A stretch of DNA of 64,000 nt. Origin: Pelomyxa schiedti. Lineage: Eukaryota; Protista; Evosea. The first letter of the stretch is position 1. Every line of letters begins with the position of its first letter. A program made the position numbers and the translations under genes. This document shows, in pieces, positions 24,874-38,283 of this stretch. The stretch lies in contig JAHLWZ010000633.1 in the NCBI GenBank assembly GCA_020536535.1, positions 1-64,000 of the forward strand, read 5' to 3'. The notes beneath the pieces are model-generated. The model did no database searches. It was given only the letters and a program-made list of their open reading frames with translations, and was not told the DNA's origin.

Positions 24874-25366
24874 TTTTCTTATTTTTTTTTTTCGGAGTTT
24901 TGTCGTTTAAACTTGGATGTTCATTTTGGAGAAACAGCCGATTGGACGGTGGAGACAACAAGGGGGCAGAGGGAATTCAGCAAACTACTATGCACATTGG
25001 TGGCTTCAGGATGCAGAATGTGGGGAGTGGCTGACCGAGAGCACCCTCAAGTTGCCGATTTGGGCACTTGTTCTGCTGGCATGATCACTTGATTTACCAT
25101 ACGAAGCACAAGATTGCCAGTCCAAGCCCGAGGCAACTCCCTTAAATGGAAGTTAAAAAACAGCCCTTTTCCCGGTCTGGCCTAATTCAATTAATTTAAC
25201 AAACTAACCTCCGCTCCACAAAGGGACCGTGTCTCCGAAGCCGTACGCCCGTAGCCGCAACAAAGAGGAGATCTCGCTCTTTCATCCATACTGTACGTGT
25301 ACACGTAGATCTTGAAGGTGCGTGAGGGTGAAGGGCAAGATCTCTGAGACCGTGTTACTACGAAAA

Positions 25367-27579
25367 ATGGGCGGCACTGCATCTACGTCGGGCCCGAGAC
25401 ACCGGCTGCGGCGCTCAAAGACCATGCGGGGGAGACGGCGGTCTCATTCGCTATCTACGGACAACCTGGACGCTAATGTTGTTCCCCCCACTGCCTTGGA
25501 GTCGTTCAATATATCGCGAAGCTGTGCTACTCCTGGAACACTATTGATCCACGAGCCCTCTGAGGACTCCATGTCTCCTGATCCCGTGGCCCACGGCGAG
25601 TACGTGCCGCTCACGGCGGCGAAAAGAGAAGCTGCATGGAGGACTTTGTACCTGGCGCAAATACTGTGGACTATAGTGCTACCACGGAGCGGCTGCAGGT
25701 GGGTCAATCGATTTCCTTGCGATTCCAAGTACGACGACAGCGGTGGAAATGGCGGAGCTTCTAGGTACATACGCGCACTGCAGTATACTCGCATGATTAT
25801 ATTGGGGAGCGAAGTTCATTCCTCTATGAAGCCAAACGAAGATGCTCTCACGGACTCGTCATCTCTAGCTCAACTACTTTGTGACGCGTGGAGTGGTGCA
25901 GTAAAACAGTGGCCGTCAGTATCTTCCCCCGCTGTTACGCGGTATCCAAACAACGCCTCTTTCGAAGTTGACAGCACAGCTGCAATGTTGCTCAACTTGG
26001 CGGAAGCTTTTTTCCCGTATGCACTTGATTCTTTTTTGTATATTTTTTGACTCCAAAAAGTCTTGTGCCACTTGTATGTAAAAGTCTGGCTTTTCTAGCT
26101 GACTTGAATGTACAATCTGTTGATCCCAGGAACGAACTTGGTGGGAGCGATGCACTAGTGGCTGCTATTCAAGTGGATTCCCAGAGGTGTGTCAGCTGGA
26201 TATTAAATAACCGGAGAAAATGGTGTAAACCTGGGGCCTACGAGAACATCTTTTTAGCAGCATGTTCCTCCGGGAATTGGGATGTATGCCGCTCAATGTG
26301 GAAGATTGTCCACTCGCAGGCAAAATTAGGCCTTGGTCAAAAGAGTATACTTCATGCTATTGCCAATGGGCACGTCTCCCTCGCAGAGAATTTGTCGAAG
26401 CTGTTCCACACCGCGATTTCTCCTGAGCCACTCATGCTTCAACTAAGTTGCTCTGGAGGACATGCTGAGACGGCCCAATGGTTGTGCAGGCAGTTTGAAT
26501 TCAGAAGGCCGGGACAACGCAACTGTATTGCTGCTAAATCCATGCAGGCATGCTGTGCCCACGGGCACTTGGCACTAGCTCAGTGGTTAGTTAAGGAGTT
26601 CAATTTGACACGCGAAGATATAACTGGTTCTGTACTGGACAGTTCGATGGCTTGGGCCTGCAGATATGGCCATATTCAGGTCTGCCACTGGCTGAGCAAG
26701 GAATTTAAAATAAGTTTGTCAGACATAGTAGACGCCAGTGCAATCGAGGCCTGCTGTGAAGGGGGCCACATTGGAGTACTAGATTGGATGCACTCCGAGT
26801 TTGATCTCTCGTCGATACCCGATTCAACCAAAGTAGATGCCCTACTGATGTGTTGCACTAAAGGGAATCTTTCTGTGGCCAAGTGGTTGCATTCACATTT
26901 TGCTGCGCGGTCATTCAATCCACCAGAGCAATACATGAAAGAGAGCTGCAAAGCAGGCCATTTGGAGATTACTAAATGGTTGCTGGCGGTATTTCCTGTA
27001 TCAATAAATGTGGCCAAGAAGTGTATTAAGCTTGCGTGCAAGGGAAGACATGTAAAACTAGCACAGTATCTCTACCAGCAATTCAACTTTCTGGACCCAA
27101 TGAAAACTTTCAACATTTGCTGTGTACAACTTGGCGACGTTGAATTTGCTCAATGGATCATGGAAACAAACCCTGTTGAATTCGAAGACAGCACCCAAGC
27201 AGAAAAACTTTTCTCGGACTGCTGTTCCAAAGGTCATTTACCTCTTGTGAAGTGGCTGTGGGCTACAATTTTTCAGGACTTGGCCGATTTCTCTGCGGAA
27301 GTCAAGGAACTTTCCGCTAAACTAGTTCCTCAAATTTGTTCTTCCTCGTATCTCCTTCCCACTGCAGCATGGCTGTGCACAGAATTCAACATAGTGAGCA
27401 CTCCTGCAATTGAGGCAGCCTTCCTTGATGCCTGCTCCAAGTACAATTTTATCACTGCTTGGTGGCTTTATGTCACATTCCAGTTCCCCCAAAGCAGCCC
27501 CACCTTTCGGGAGGCTTTGGAAAAAACCTACCCAGGTTCCAGGATGAATCTTTTCCTGAAACAACTTGCTGGTATTTGA
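25367..27579 (+). CDS. Ankyrin-repeat protein with possible N-myristoylation (MGGTAS)
   Basis: Two exons joined by intron ~26018-26061; ~12 repeats of AC-xx-GH-xx-(V/L)-xx-WL. Confidence 0.87.
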
Positions 27580-27698
27580 CTGTAACACATAAACTAGAGA
27601 AATAATAAAATAAAAAAAAAAGTTATTACCAAAAGAACCTTTATTTCATTCCCTTTTCTTTTTACAATCGCACATAAAGCGGATGTGATTACAACAAA

Positions 27699-28822
27699 CT
27701 ACTCAGAGTCATTGTCCTCTGAGGAATGCTCAGACTCCTCAGCACCAGACTCGTATTCTTCCTCCTCTTCCTCCTTTGTGGCCACAGGCAAAGTGCTGGG
27801 TGTGGGTCTGTATCCAGGTGCCGTTCTGTTTTTAAGGCGGGGATCCTCAATGACACCCTTCATTGATTCGGCCAGCTCAGATGCATCGTCTATTTCCAGG
27901 AAAGCGGCGTGTGCAGCGGCCATTTCCTCAAGTGCTTTTGCATGAAAAATCATATGAGCATGGGCATAACTGTTGTGTGAGGAAGAGTAAGTGGTTATGT
28001 AAATGCTGTGTTAAAAAAGGCAAACCTTGCCCAGGCTGATTTCATGTCAGTGATTTTGCTACTTTCAAAGGCGGACATTCTTTTGATGAACTCATTGTCT
28101 GCTCTCCTCTTGTCCTCTTTTGCTTCCGTGCTTGCCGCTGCAATTCCGGCTCCCGTTGGATTCTTTCTGTCCAGTTCAGCCAGTCTCTGAGTTGAGCGCT
28201 CTCTTTCAGATTTGTAGCCCCTCCATTGTTGGGCCTTGCTGTTGTCATACACACTCAGGTTGGTCATCACACGTCCAAGTAAGTAGTCATCCAGTGAACG
28301 TCTGTGGTCTTCAACCTTTGCTGTGTGGTTTATAAATTACACTCCCCAACCACAAAAAAAAAACATCTCTGTTCAAAATCCTTAAAATATACTTCTTACA
28401 TGCCCACATTCAACAAACCAAATTTCGCAAACAAACAAAAGATAAAACGAAAGAATCGAAAAAGAAGAAACACACACCTGCCTTATGGCACTACTCAATT
28501 TGGAGATTGAAGATCTGAGCTGGGGAGTCTCCCTCACTGAATATTGCTTGAGGTGGTCGGCGAGCCTCGTGTTGCGCCGGCCGGCGGCCGCGTCCGCGTG
28601 CAGGACCGACCCCAGATCCGCGAACATCTGTTCGCTGTGCTTGCGAATGTTCTCTACTTTGGTGACGAATTCCTTGACGCGGCCGTCGGTAAGTTCCACG
28701 ACCGTAGTCGATGTCGATGTCGTGGCTGCGGCTGAGGAGGATGCGGCGGTGGGTTGGCCCACCGGTGGGACGCCAATGACACTACTCCCCGGCGTGACGT
28801 TTGGCGGTGCCGAGGTAGCCAT
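27699..28822 (-). CDS. FAM92/CIBAR-family BAR-domain protein
   Basis: Helical BAR-like sequence; ETPQLRSSISKLS, FESSKITDMK, AHMIFHAKALEEM...IDD resemble the FAM92 signature (EMxFHxKALE...ID); acidic tail. Confidence 0.75.
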
Positions 28823-29304
28823 TTGCTTGATGAAGTAAACGGAAGAAAAGACAGTGAGGCGAAGATCTATTGGGAGGAAATGAGTTGTGTTTAGGGCCTT
28901 TCTCGCAGGTTTTGGGTCACCCGGGGGAAGGGAGCTTCACAGAGAATGGGAAAAAGATTCGGTTCGTCGGTTCGGCTCAGATCCGGAACGACTTTTTTTT
29001 TAGTTTTTAGCGAAATCCAGCCCTAACAACAAACCCCGGCTTTCACTGTGTATCGCCCGCCCTTGAGATCCAAGACACTTTAAAAAAAAAAACCCCACCC
29101 GCACAACACACCTAGATCTAACGACACCAAACATCTACGGCATCATTCCCTTATCGTATTGGCAAATCAAAGGAAACATCGTGGCTGTGTTGTGCTAGTG
29201 TAAACTCAACAACCGCTTTTTTGTGTGGGTGGTGGTGTTGGATCTTCAACTAGGAGTATTTTGGTTTGTATTTTTGACAAGCGGGGTGGGGTGAGCGTGT
29301 TTGA

Positions 29305-32300
29305 ATGAGCACATTCAAGCAACAACACCGACGGGCCTCAAGCACAAATTCACCAACTCCTTCATCTTCCTCTTCCTCTGGAATTTCTTCATCATCCAAT
29401 GTGAACTATAACACCTACAGCAGCACTTCCACCAACAACAGTACCGCCAATAGTGGCAGCAACTGTATTAACCTCAACAACCTCACACAAAGTATTCTAA
29501 CAAGCTTCAGCAGTGTCAACAGACACAACGCCCTTCTGTTGCCGCCTGGTCACCTGCAGCATCAGTCATATCGCCGCTCCTTCGAATCTAGCTGGAATTC
29601 ACATCATGCACCTCACTATCTGCACTCCAATAACTCATTCCCGCAGCAACAAGCGAATCACGATCCCGCAGGCGTAGCTTTGCCAACCCTGCATTCATAT
29701 GATGAAGACTGGCCGTTCCGGTCCACTTCACTGTCACCGCGGTCTTTGTCCCCCCCACCGCTCCCCTTTGCAGGTGGCTCTTTGAGTGCAAGTTCACCAT
29801 TGTTCCCATCTAATACCTCACCTTCATTATCTCCATTGCTGGGCCCTTCCTCACCACAGCTAGCACCATCCTCTCCACTTTTAGCCTCTGCACCAAATCC
29901 TCAGTCTCACATTTCCCATCTACCTCATGTCAGTTCGAGACCAGCGCACGTTAGACGCAGTACCAGTGCTTCTAACGTGAATTTTTGTTGTTCGCAGCCT
30001 CCACCCACTTCCCATAGTAACCACCAGCAACAATCACATCAACTAATCCCCCACCACCCATATTTTTCCTATCAAACTCAAAACACACTGCAATCTACTC
30101 AGGAGCCTGAACACTTTCTGGAACGTGATTGGGCACTGTGGTTTGACACAGGCCTAGTGAAAGGGCAGACGCAAAGTCAATATGAAAGCTCAGTCCGCGA
30201 CATTGGTGTTTTTTCTTCTATTGAAGTATGCAGTGCCCAGTTTCACATTAGCCAGCTCAAAAATTTTGAAGGATTTTTGGAGATACTGGAACCACGTCTT
30301 TGAAGGAAGAAAGTTCCCAGAAGGGAGTCACCTTAGAGTCTTCAAAAATGGTGTTAAGCCTACCTGGGAAGATCCTGCCAATGCAGGTGGAGGCAGATGG
30401 GTTTGTCTAGTTTCTAACAGAGATTTCTGTTGTTTACATCTTGTCAAAGATTATTGCCTCCCCTAAACATCTCACAAATGTCACTGCTACTTCTCTAGTA
30501 CTTTCTGTTATTGGAGAACAGCTCCCACACTCTAACGAACTTGTATTTAATTCTTTTTCTAATATCATCTGAAGTTTTCTCATACAGTGTGGTGTTGTTG
30601 TTGGAATACGTTCTACAGCCGATATCATTTACCTTTGGAATTCCAAAGTAGACCCCCAAGTTGTCACGTTGACAACAGATAAAATACGTTCACTTCTTTT
30701 ATCAATAGCAGAGTACAATTGGAGCGTCAAATATACTGTTCACAAAGTACCTTGTCATATCATTAACCTTGGAGGCCTGACATATTAAAGGAGGCAGTAA
30801 GCATGAATGAGCGCATAAGGGCAGCTGAGAGCCCGTCTTTATCACTCTCACCAGCATCTCCTCTCCTTCCATCCTCCAGTCCAATTCTCAGCCCTTCTTC
30901 AAGCAGCAGTAATATTGCACAAACTGATCTACCACTTAACTTTAGACTGGAGCATGCCGCTGACCCAATTGTGCTGAAATGGGGTTGGGGCGATATGGCC
31001 GAGGCGGGTTTCCTCTCAGAAGCCATAACTGCAAAAGAGGAACGCGAGGAGTTTTTGGTGGCAATTGGTGTGTGGAAGCAACGACTAGGCGCTGCAAATT
31101 TCGAGAAAGGAGCGATCCCCTCTCCGTTTCACTTTGCGCACCATAGTCAACCCCCTCAGCTTTCACATGTACATTATGGCCATACATCACAACATCATTC
31201 CGGTCACCAATTCCCATCACAAGCTGGGAAGAATGCTCTATCCCAGGGAAAAACCAGTCCTGACACTTCCAAGGTAAAAAAAAAGTACATCAGACTTTTC
31301 ATGTAATGCAATTGATAGGAGATACTTCTCCCTGTCACGTGCTTTCCACCCAAGCAACCAGGTGTTCATCGAAGAGCACATTCACAAGACGTCTCGCAAG
31401 CTTCACCAGGTACTACCAGTCCACCCTCTGAGGTGCCCAAAGTAGAACTTAGTCCAAAACTAAAGGCACTCTTGTCAATGGTATGCGAGATTTTACAAGG
31501 ACACACACTTAACTACCATTGCCCAGCCCTACCAACCTCACTACGGGAAGATTACCATGCTACACAGAAGATCCTTTTCTGCTGATGTCCCTGTGATTAT
31601 CTTCCCTTTTTTCATAGAGATATTCATATCCCCTCAGGTATCCCATGAGGCAGAGGTCCCTCACTCAGTTGGAAGCTCTCATCTCCTGGAATCACAACAA
31701 ATAACTGTAGAACCTTGCAAAGATACATCTTACTTGCCAATTAGGTATTTTTTCTTCCGATTCCTGTTGTCCACTGGCATCCACAGCTCTCTTAATTTCT
31801 TGGTCTAATTCCTCCAGCAGTATCCCCGAAAACAATGGCACAGATTATACTCCTATTCCTTTAAATGCAGACCCTTCAGACAGTATTATCAGTTTATCGG
31901 CACTGCCTCTGAGTAATACAACACAGCTGGACTCACACTCGAGCGCTTCATCACTGAGGAAAACAAAAACTGAGTCTGTAGGTGTTAAATCCTCACCTCC
32001 CCTGCTTAGTACTCAAAAACCACGATCGTCACACGATGACCCTCACCACACAACCTCTCCCCAAGCGCCTCTCCAAACCCCACAGACAAATGATCTTTCT
32101 CCCCAGTTAGCATCACCACCCCCTAATACAAAGAGTGAAACCATACAGTCAGAGATGTTCACCCAAAAGCAGCAGCTGCACGTTGTGCTAATTCATAAGC
32201 AACCAAAGCCAACACCAACATCAGCACCAGCTCCAATTCCAACCACAACAGCATCAACCACCCCAGCCATATCTCTGGCACCTCCTCCAGTGCAAATCCC

Positions 32301-33213
32301 GAAACCAATGCCATCACCGGCACCACTGCCTACACCTGCAGCACCACAACCATCCCCACAAGCAGCATCACCATCATCCGCGGCAGCAGTGCCACAATCT
32401 ATCCCGGCAGCACAAAAAAGTGTGAATATGCCAGTATCCACACAGAAGCCAACAAGCCGCGCAAATTCACAGGTCAGTGTATCGCTGAAGTCAGCAAGTG
32501 ACACAAAGCCAAAAGTTTTACCTAAAAGTACCACTGGGCAAACAATTTCAACGACTACCACAAGTACCGCAGCTTCAACCACAATAACAACGACAACTAC
32601 ATCGGTAGTTACTGTAACCCCACCTTCAACAGCGAGTACAGCACCATCGCTCCCGGTTGCTCTCTGTCCACTATCTCCACGCAAAAGTAAACTTGCCACT
32701 CCCCCAATATCACCGAAATTGTGCCCCACACCACCACTATCCCCACATAAATTGCCTCCAACACCACCTCTGTCACCACACAAGTCCACTCCACCAACTC
32801 CCCACAAAGAGAAGCCCGAGACTACCAGTGTATCAGTAGATGCATCGCCCATCACCAAGTCCACTGATGTATCCACAAAAGCAAAGCAGTCTTCACCCCC
32901 CACCGCTCACAAGCCCAAACAAGAGAGCGCCACAGCACAGACACAAACAAAATCAGGGAAAGCAACAGCAGCAGCCACCACAACAGCAACAACAACGACA
33001 TCCACCACCACTTCCACCACAGCTACAACAAGCACGGCTTCAAACCGGAAACCATCCACCAAACAACCAGCTCCTATCCACAACAAAGCAAAGTCCGGCA
33101 AGTCCGGGAGCAGCAATCAAGTACCCAACACCATCACCATATCTTTCTTCCACCTTGTGGCCATACTCATTGTCATCATCTGTGTTGTTGTTGTCTATGT
33201 TACATGGCTGTGA
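29305..33213 (+). CDS. eIF4E-domain protein with long disordered extensions and C-terminal transmembrane anchor
   Basis: HFLERDWALWFD, FWRYWN, FKNGVKPTWEDPANAGGGRW, LSVIGEQ, CGVVVGIRS, IYLWN, KYTVHK; exons splice in frame through to FFHLVAILIVIICVVVVYVTWL*. Confidence 0.82.
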
Positions 33214-33440
33214 TACGCGGTATCTGTTTGTGCACACAAGAAAGCCACCACACAAACCTTTGTAAGAAAAAAAGCACAACCAAGGCCTTTGTAAGACATA
33301 CAGTTTCAAAAACGGAAGAAAGAATTCTCTATCGTCTTGTTCCAACCCCACAGAACACAAGTTTTTTTTCACTGGTTCAAACCCCATTCGCACTAACAGA
33401 TTGCTGATTGTCTTTGTTTTTTTTTTCACAAAAGATTAGG

Positions 33441-34056
33441 ATGGTGCGTTGTTGAGTGTCGTTTTTGCGTCGCGTGCGTCTCATTGTTCTAATCGTACCG
33501 TAGTTGTTTTACTCGTTCTTTCGCACTCTTATATCAGAAGAGATCATCGTCGAACTTAAGGTGTCTCTCTGCCCAAACCCAATAATAAGAAAAAAACAAA
33601 CATGTTCGACAACCATTTCACACAAAACGAAACCTCACAACGAGAACAATTCCCCATATCACCACAACTCTGCAAACAAAACCAAAACCACCATACACAC
33701 CACTAAGAGTCTTTTGATCAGAATGACTTGGCGATAAGGGGAGTACTTCATTCAGTCGACCAATACCTCAACCTCAAACTTAGAGATATTTCCGTTGTCA
33801 ATTCCAACAAGTTTCCGCACCTAGTATGACTCCTTGCTCCCTTTCTTTTACCACATCATCCCCATGTGTGCGGCACTTTTCTTACTATGTGCAAACACCT
33901 GTACCCTGTTCACTTCCTTCGCAGATGTCAGTGCAAAACTGTTTTATTCGTGGGAGTGTTGTCCGCTATGTAGTGATACCAGCCAACCGTGTTGATACCC
34001 ACCTTCTACAAGACAGTACCAGAATGGAATCCAGAGAAAACAGGCAGAAGAGCTAA
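33441..34056 (+). CDS. LSM2: U6 snRNA-associated Sm-like protein LSm2
   Basis: M|LFYSFFRTLISEEIIVELK|NDLAIRGVLHSVDQYLNLKL...FPHL|MSVQNCFIRGSVVRYV...DTHLLQDSTR. Confidence 0.95.
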
Positions 34057-34337
34057 AAATGTGAATGAGTCCTCAACAAACTACTATATTACAGCACCAA
34101 ACAAAAACCAGCTTAGAGCATAACAGCCACAACCAAGCAAGCATCAGCCCAACAATTGAACCTCAGTAAGAGTGGGAAAAAAAAAAAGAAAAACAGAAGC
34201 ACCCATGATTCCTTCCTACACCTAGAAACGACGGAAAAAACAAAACAGCCACAGAGACAAGAAAAAAAAAAAAACCGCCGAGTAGTTGTCACACGTGTGC
34301 ATCGGGTGTCGCTAGTTAGTAGCGTGTCCGTCCCATA

Positions 34338-34562
34338 ATGGCATCACCCCCGCCGTCGTGCAGTAAAAACGAAGAAGCGCGGCGTGTGATGGGAGCCAGC
34401 ATGCTGCCGTTCCCAACAGTCACCGTGGGCACACTCGTTGCGTTCCTGTGTGGGCACCACCCACGGCTGGGATTGGCTTCAATTGTGTCTGCTCTCCCTT
34501 CTGAGGTAGGCCACTGCCCCTGTGCTTTGTTACAAACTGCCAATAGCGAAACTATACATTAG

Positions 34563-34620
<58 letters not shown>

Positions 34621-35290
34621 GCCCACACAAGCCATGGTGTAACTTAATGCACTATGTAATAATGTACGCCAGTTGACTGTAGATATATGCCATATGGCCC
34701 TCCAAATTGTGGTGGGAGGGTATGCTGTGGACTTGTTACTTGGCAGTGCAATATCAAACTCTGTTATGTGTGCACAGCAATTTATTGTATATGAGACAGA
34801 TAACCACATTCTATCAAAACCTCCAATGGCTGAGGGTAATTCAGCAGCAACAGCACCAGCACCAGCAAATCATGCTCCATCAACCACAACAACAACCACA
34901 ACAAACATTAGAAAACAGCTACAACAATGTAGAGTGAAGGGTGTTCCTTTCTTTCTCTGCATCCATGGAAATGGTGAAGTATTTGGATTTCCAGCAGATT
35001 CTAGCTGGAAGTTCACCTCTGGGAGCTACAATCCAATCACCAGAACTCTACAACTTATGCTGATTCACAACCTAGGCCCAACATTGAGTGAGGAATTCAC
35101 CATTAGATGCAGGCAAAAGTTTCCCTATGCATCCACACTACCAGGAACAGCCAAAGTCGAAAAACCCAGCCCAAGTGTGCAATGGTACGCCACTAAGTAC
35201 CAGCCACTTGTATCACACCAGCAAGTTGCAGTACAATTTGTAGCATCCCTGAGCACCACTTGTGCTCAGTTCCACATCTGTTTGTCCTGA
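34338..35290 (+). CDS. Hypothetical protein with N-terminal LVAFLCGHHPRLG motif
   Basis: ORF 34338-34562 and 34673-35290 separated by an intron-like region with a poly-T run; 3' end uncertain. Confidence 0.45.
34565..34616. repeat. Poly-T homopolymer (~52 nt)
   Basis: Direct observation. Confidence 0.9.
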
Positions 35291-35505
35291 TGGTATTGAA
35301 CCAACTGATTCACCCATTTCAATTTCCAAAATGTCATCGACATAGACCAAAACTGAGACGCAATAAAATTTGGTTTCGTCTCGTTCGTTCCTCAGAATCA
35401 TTGGCTTTGTTCGTTCCTTCGTTTTTTTTTGGCACCACAGTTGCCCTGCAGATCATTTATTACAATCAAATCACCGCAGTATCGAGGGTTCACCGGTTCC
35501 CGGCC

Positions 35506-37969
35506 ATGTCGGCTACGTCGTCGTCGGCAGCGATGCACAAGGTGGTTGTCGTAGACACCAACATCTTGCTGCGTAACCTCAGGTTGTCATTCGCCTGTTT
35601 TTCTACGTCTCTTTTTTTTTTTTTAAACAAAAGTCCTAACCTTTTTTCTTCGTTACATTAGAATGGAGAAGTTCGGAGAGAGAATAGTGACTGTTCCCGA
35701 GGTCATTCGGGAAGTACGCGATAAGCGCTCACGTGAGCAGTTGGCTCTGATTCCGTATGTACTTGAAGTTGCTGACCCTTCTCCTGATTCCTGGAAACGA
35801 GGTATGACCTACTTAACACTATGAACAAACACCGTTTAACAGTATCGTTGTTTTAGTGGTGCAATTTTCGAAGGAGACGGGGGATTTTATTGCACTGTCT
35901 CATGTAGATCTCAAGGTATTGGCCTTGGCTCATACATTTCACTGCGAGCTTGTTGGTGCGGACACGCTTGCAACAAAGCCCGGCACGTTCCCGCAGGTAC
36001 ATTTTCCCACCCCGAACTTTTGTTTGACAGTTGTTATAGCAAGGGGATTCAACAAGTCCCTTGGCAACAACACAAACAACTGAAGCTACTTGCCAAAACT
36101 CTGACTTAGCAGAGAACACCGCGTCATCAACCACAATCCCCACAGGGCGACAACCACCTGTACAAACAACCAAAATAATGCCCAAAAATGGTTCTTTAGT
36201 GGCGGAACCCATAGATCCCTCTAAGTCACTTCTGAGGAAACCTCCCACAAATCCCTGGAAAGTGACACCTGAAAGAGTACCCCCCCAGACACCCCACCCA
36301 CTGAAAGAATCAGTTCTCCCCAAAAAAGGAAAGAACAGACCGAAAGATAACCTGCAGCTCCCAGAGTGCCAAGTTTCTCTATCACCAAAGCCTTTGGAAC
36401 TTGAAACTACCAAGATAACAGCACTGCCACCAGCAGACACTCAACCACAAGATAAAGCAACAGAACTTCTAACACAAACACAAGAGTCAACCCCACATCC
36501 AGAACCACTAATACAACCAAGTACAACACTTCCGACTGTTTGTGATGAAGGCTTGCAAATGGCAGTGAAGGAAACTTCTGAACCAGAGGCACCCATACCG
36601 CAAACGCCTATCTCTGTACAATCAAAAACCAAAGACCCTATGCCAAAGAACGAAACCGCGAGCAATCCACAGCTCTCTGCCCCACAAATCAAATTACCAC
36701 CACAAGCCTCTCAGACACCAGAAGCAGCAATAGCAACCACGCTGACAGCTCAAACTCAATCGCAATCACAGACCCAGTCTACTGTCCAGCAACAAGAAAT
36801 AACCCAAACGGCGCCAGCACAACACACAGTACCAAAGAAAAAGAAAAGTAGGAAGCCCAAAAATACAGCACAAGTTACAAATTCAAATGCACAACAAACA
36901 ACAGCCAGTACCCCCTCGGAAACAGTCCAGCAATTACAAGGGTCTTCAGTGACTACGCAGCATTCAGAACAACCCACTAGTAGCCAACAACCTGTTCAAC
37001 CCAATGTGATAAATACTCCAGCAGAAGAAATAGATTCTGCAGGAAACGAGAGCAATAACACTGATGCTTCGGCTGAAGGGTGGAATGAAGTCACTCACAC
37101 CAAGCACAAACCAGCACCAAAAGAAAAGCCTTTTGGAGGATTTGATTTTGGCACGTGGATATCAGTGGATAACCTGAATGATGTCCGCTACAAGCTGACA
37201 GTTTGTTCCTTGGTCAAGTAATCGCAAAGCTGACAATTGAACAGGGAAATCTTGTGGAAGGGGAAGACTATAAAGTTCCCGTTGGATGCATGACCGCTGA
37301 CTACGCCATGCAAGTTAGCAACGCCCATACGACGGGAGGCAATTAAGTGATCTCACTCATTCTTAGAATGTGCTGATGCTCATGGGAATTAACGTTATCT
37401 CTGTTGATGGCTTGAAGCTTCAAATTGTTCGCCAAAGCCTTTTGAAGTGTCATTCGTGCTACTCGTAAGTACATGCCAACGAAACCCCTTGTTTAATGCA
37501 ATTCCACAAACGGGACAGTGTCACGCGTGATGTGTCACGGCGATTCTGCCCAAAATGTGGCAATGGTACTTTGAGGCGCGTCTTTGTTGAGACGAGTGCT
37601 GATGGAACTGTGCAGGAAGTCATCCCAATGAGAGTTCCAACAACCAAGAACTCCAAAGTGCGTTTGAAGTTGGACTTTCTCGGCCGTGATGCAATTGTAA
37701 TCTCACATTCCCAACAGGTAACACTGCCACTTCCGCGTGGAGGACGGCGGCCCGGAATCATTTTGTGTGAGGATGTGTACAAGGAGGCCATGCGAAAAGC
37801 ACCACAAAGGAAAGTCCGGGCCCCTCTTGCCAAGGTGTCATCAGAGACCTTCATCGACGGCCTTGGTGCATCCACCATTGTGAAGAGGAAACGCCATGTG
37901 GTCATTGGATTCAACAATTCCAGTTCAGGAAAGCATTTTGGCAAAAATAACAAACCAGCAAGAGGTTAG
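35506..37969 (+). CDS. NOB1: 20S pre-rRNA D-site endonuclease NOB1 (PIN + Zn ribbon) with large low-complexity insertion
   Basis: VVVDTNILL, TVPEVIREVRDKRSR, FSKETGDFIALSHVDLKVLALA, GTWIS, VGCMTADYAMQNVL, KCHSC...FCPKCGNGTL. Confidence 0.94.
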
Positions 37970-38283
37970 TTATTTTGCACAGGGAGATGGTGCTAAGCAT
38001 TATGTTGGCTCAAATCTTTCGGTACCAACACAACTTGGGTTAGAATTCCTGAATAGATATTTTCGAAAATTTTCTTCTTCTGAGCTCTTCGCCAACACAA
38101 TGCACTCAGGGAGTGGCAGCATGGTGGTTTGGTTGTGGGAGAACAATCTCGGTGGGGTTTCGTGCCAGAGAGCGAAGATCCAGAATCAAAATATTGGCCT
38201 TGACCAGACATCAGTTCCTGCCAGCTGCGTGTTTGTTGTTGTGAACGCAAGCCGTTTCGAACATTTAGAAACAAAAACGAACA

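Noticed and set aside
26040-26061. Apparent frameshift between ORFs 25322-26050 and 26047-27579
   Set aside because: Explained by a normal GT-AG intron restoring AEAFFPLVPLV
34565-34616. Poly-T as a retroposon poly(A) tail
   Set aside because: No target-site duplication or retroelement body seen; may be an intronic tract or an assembly artefact
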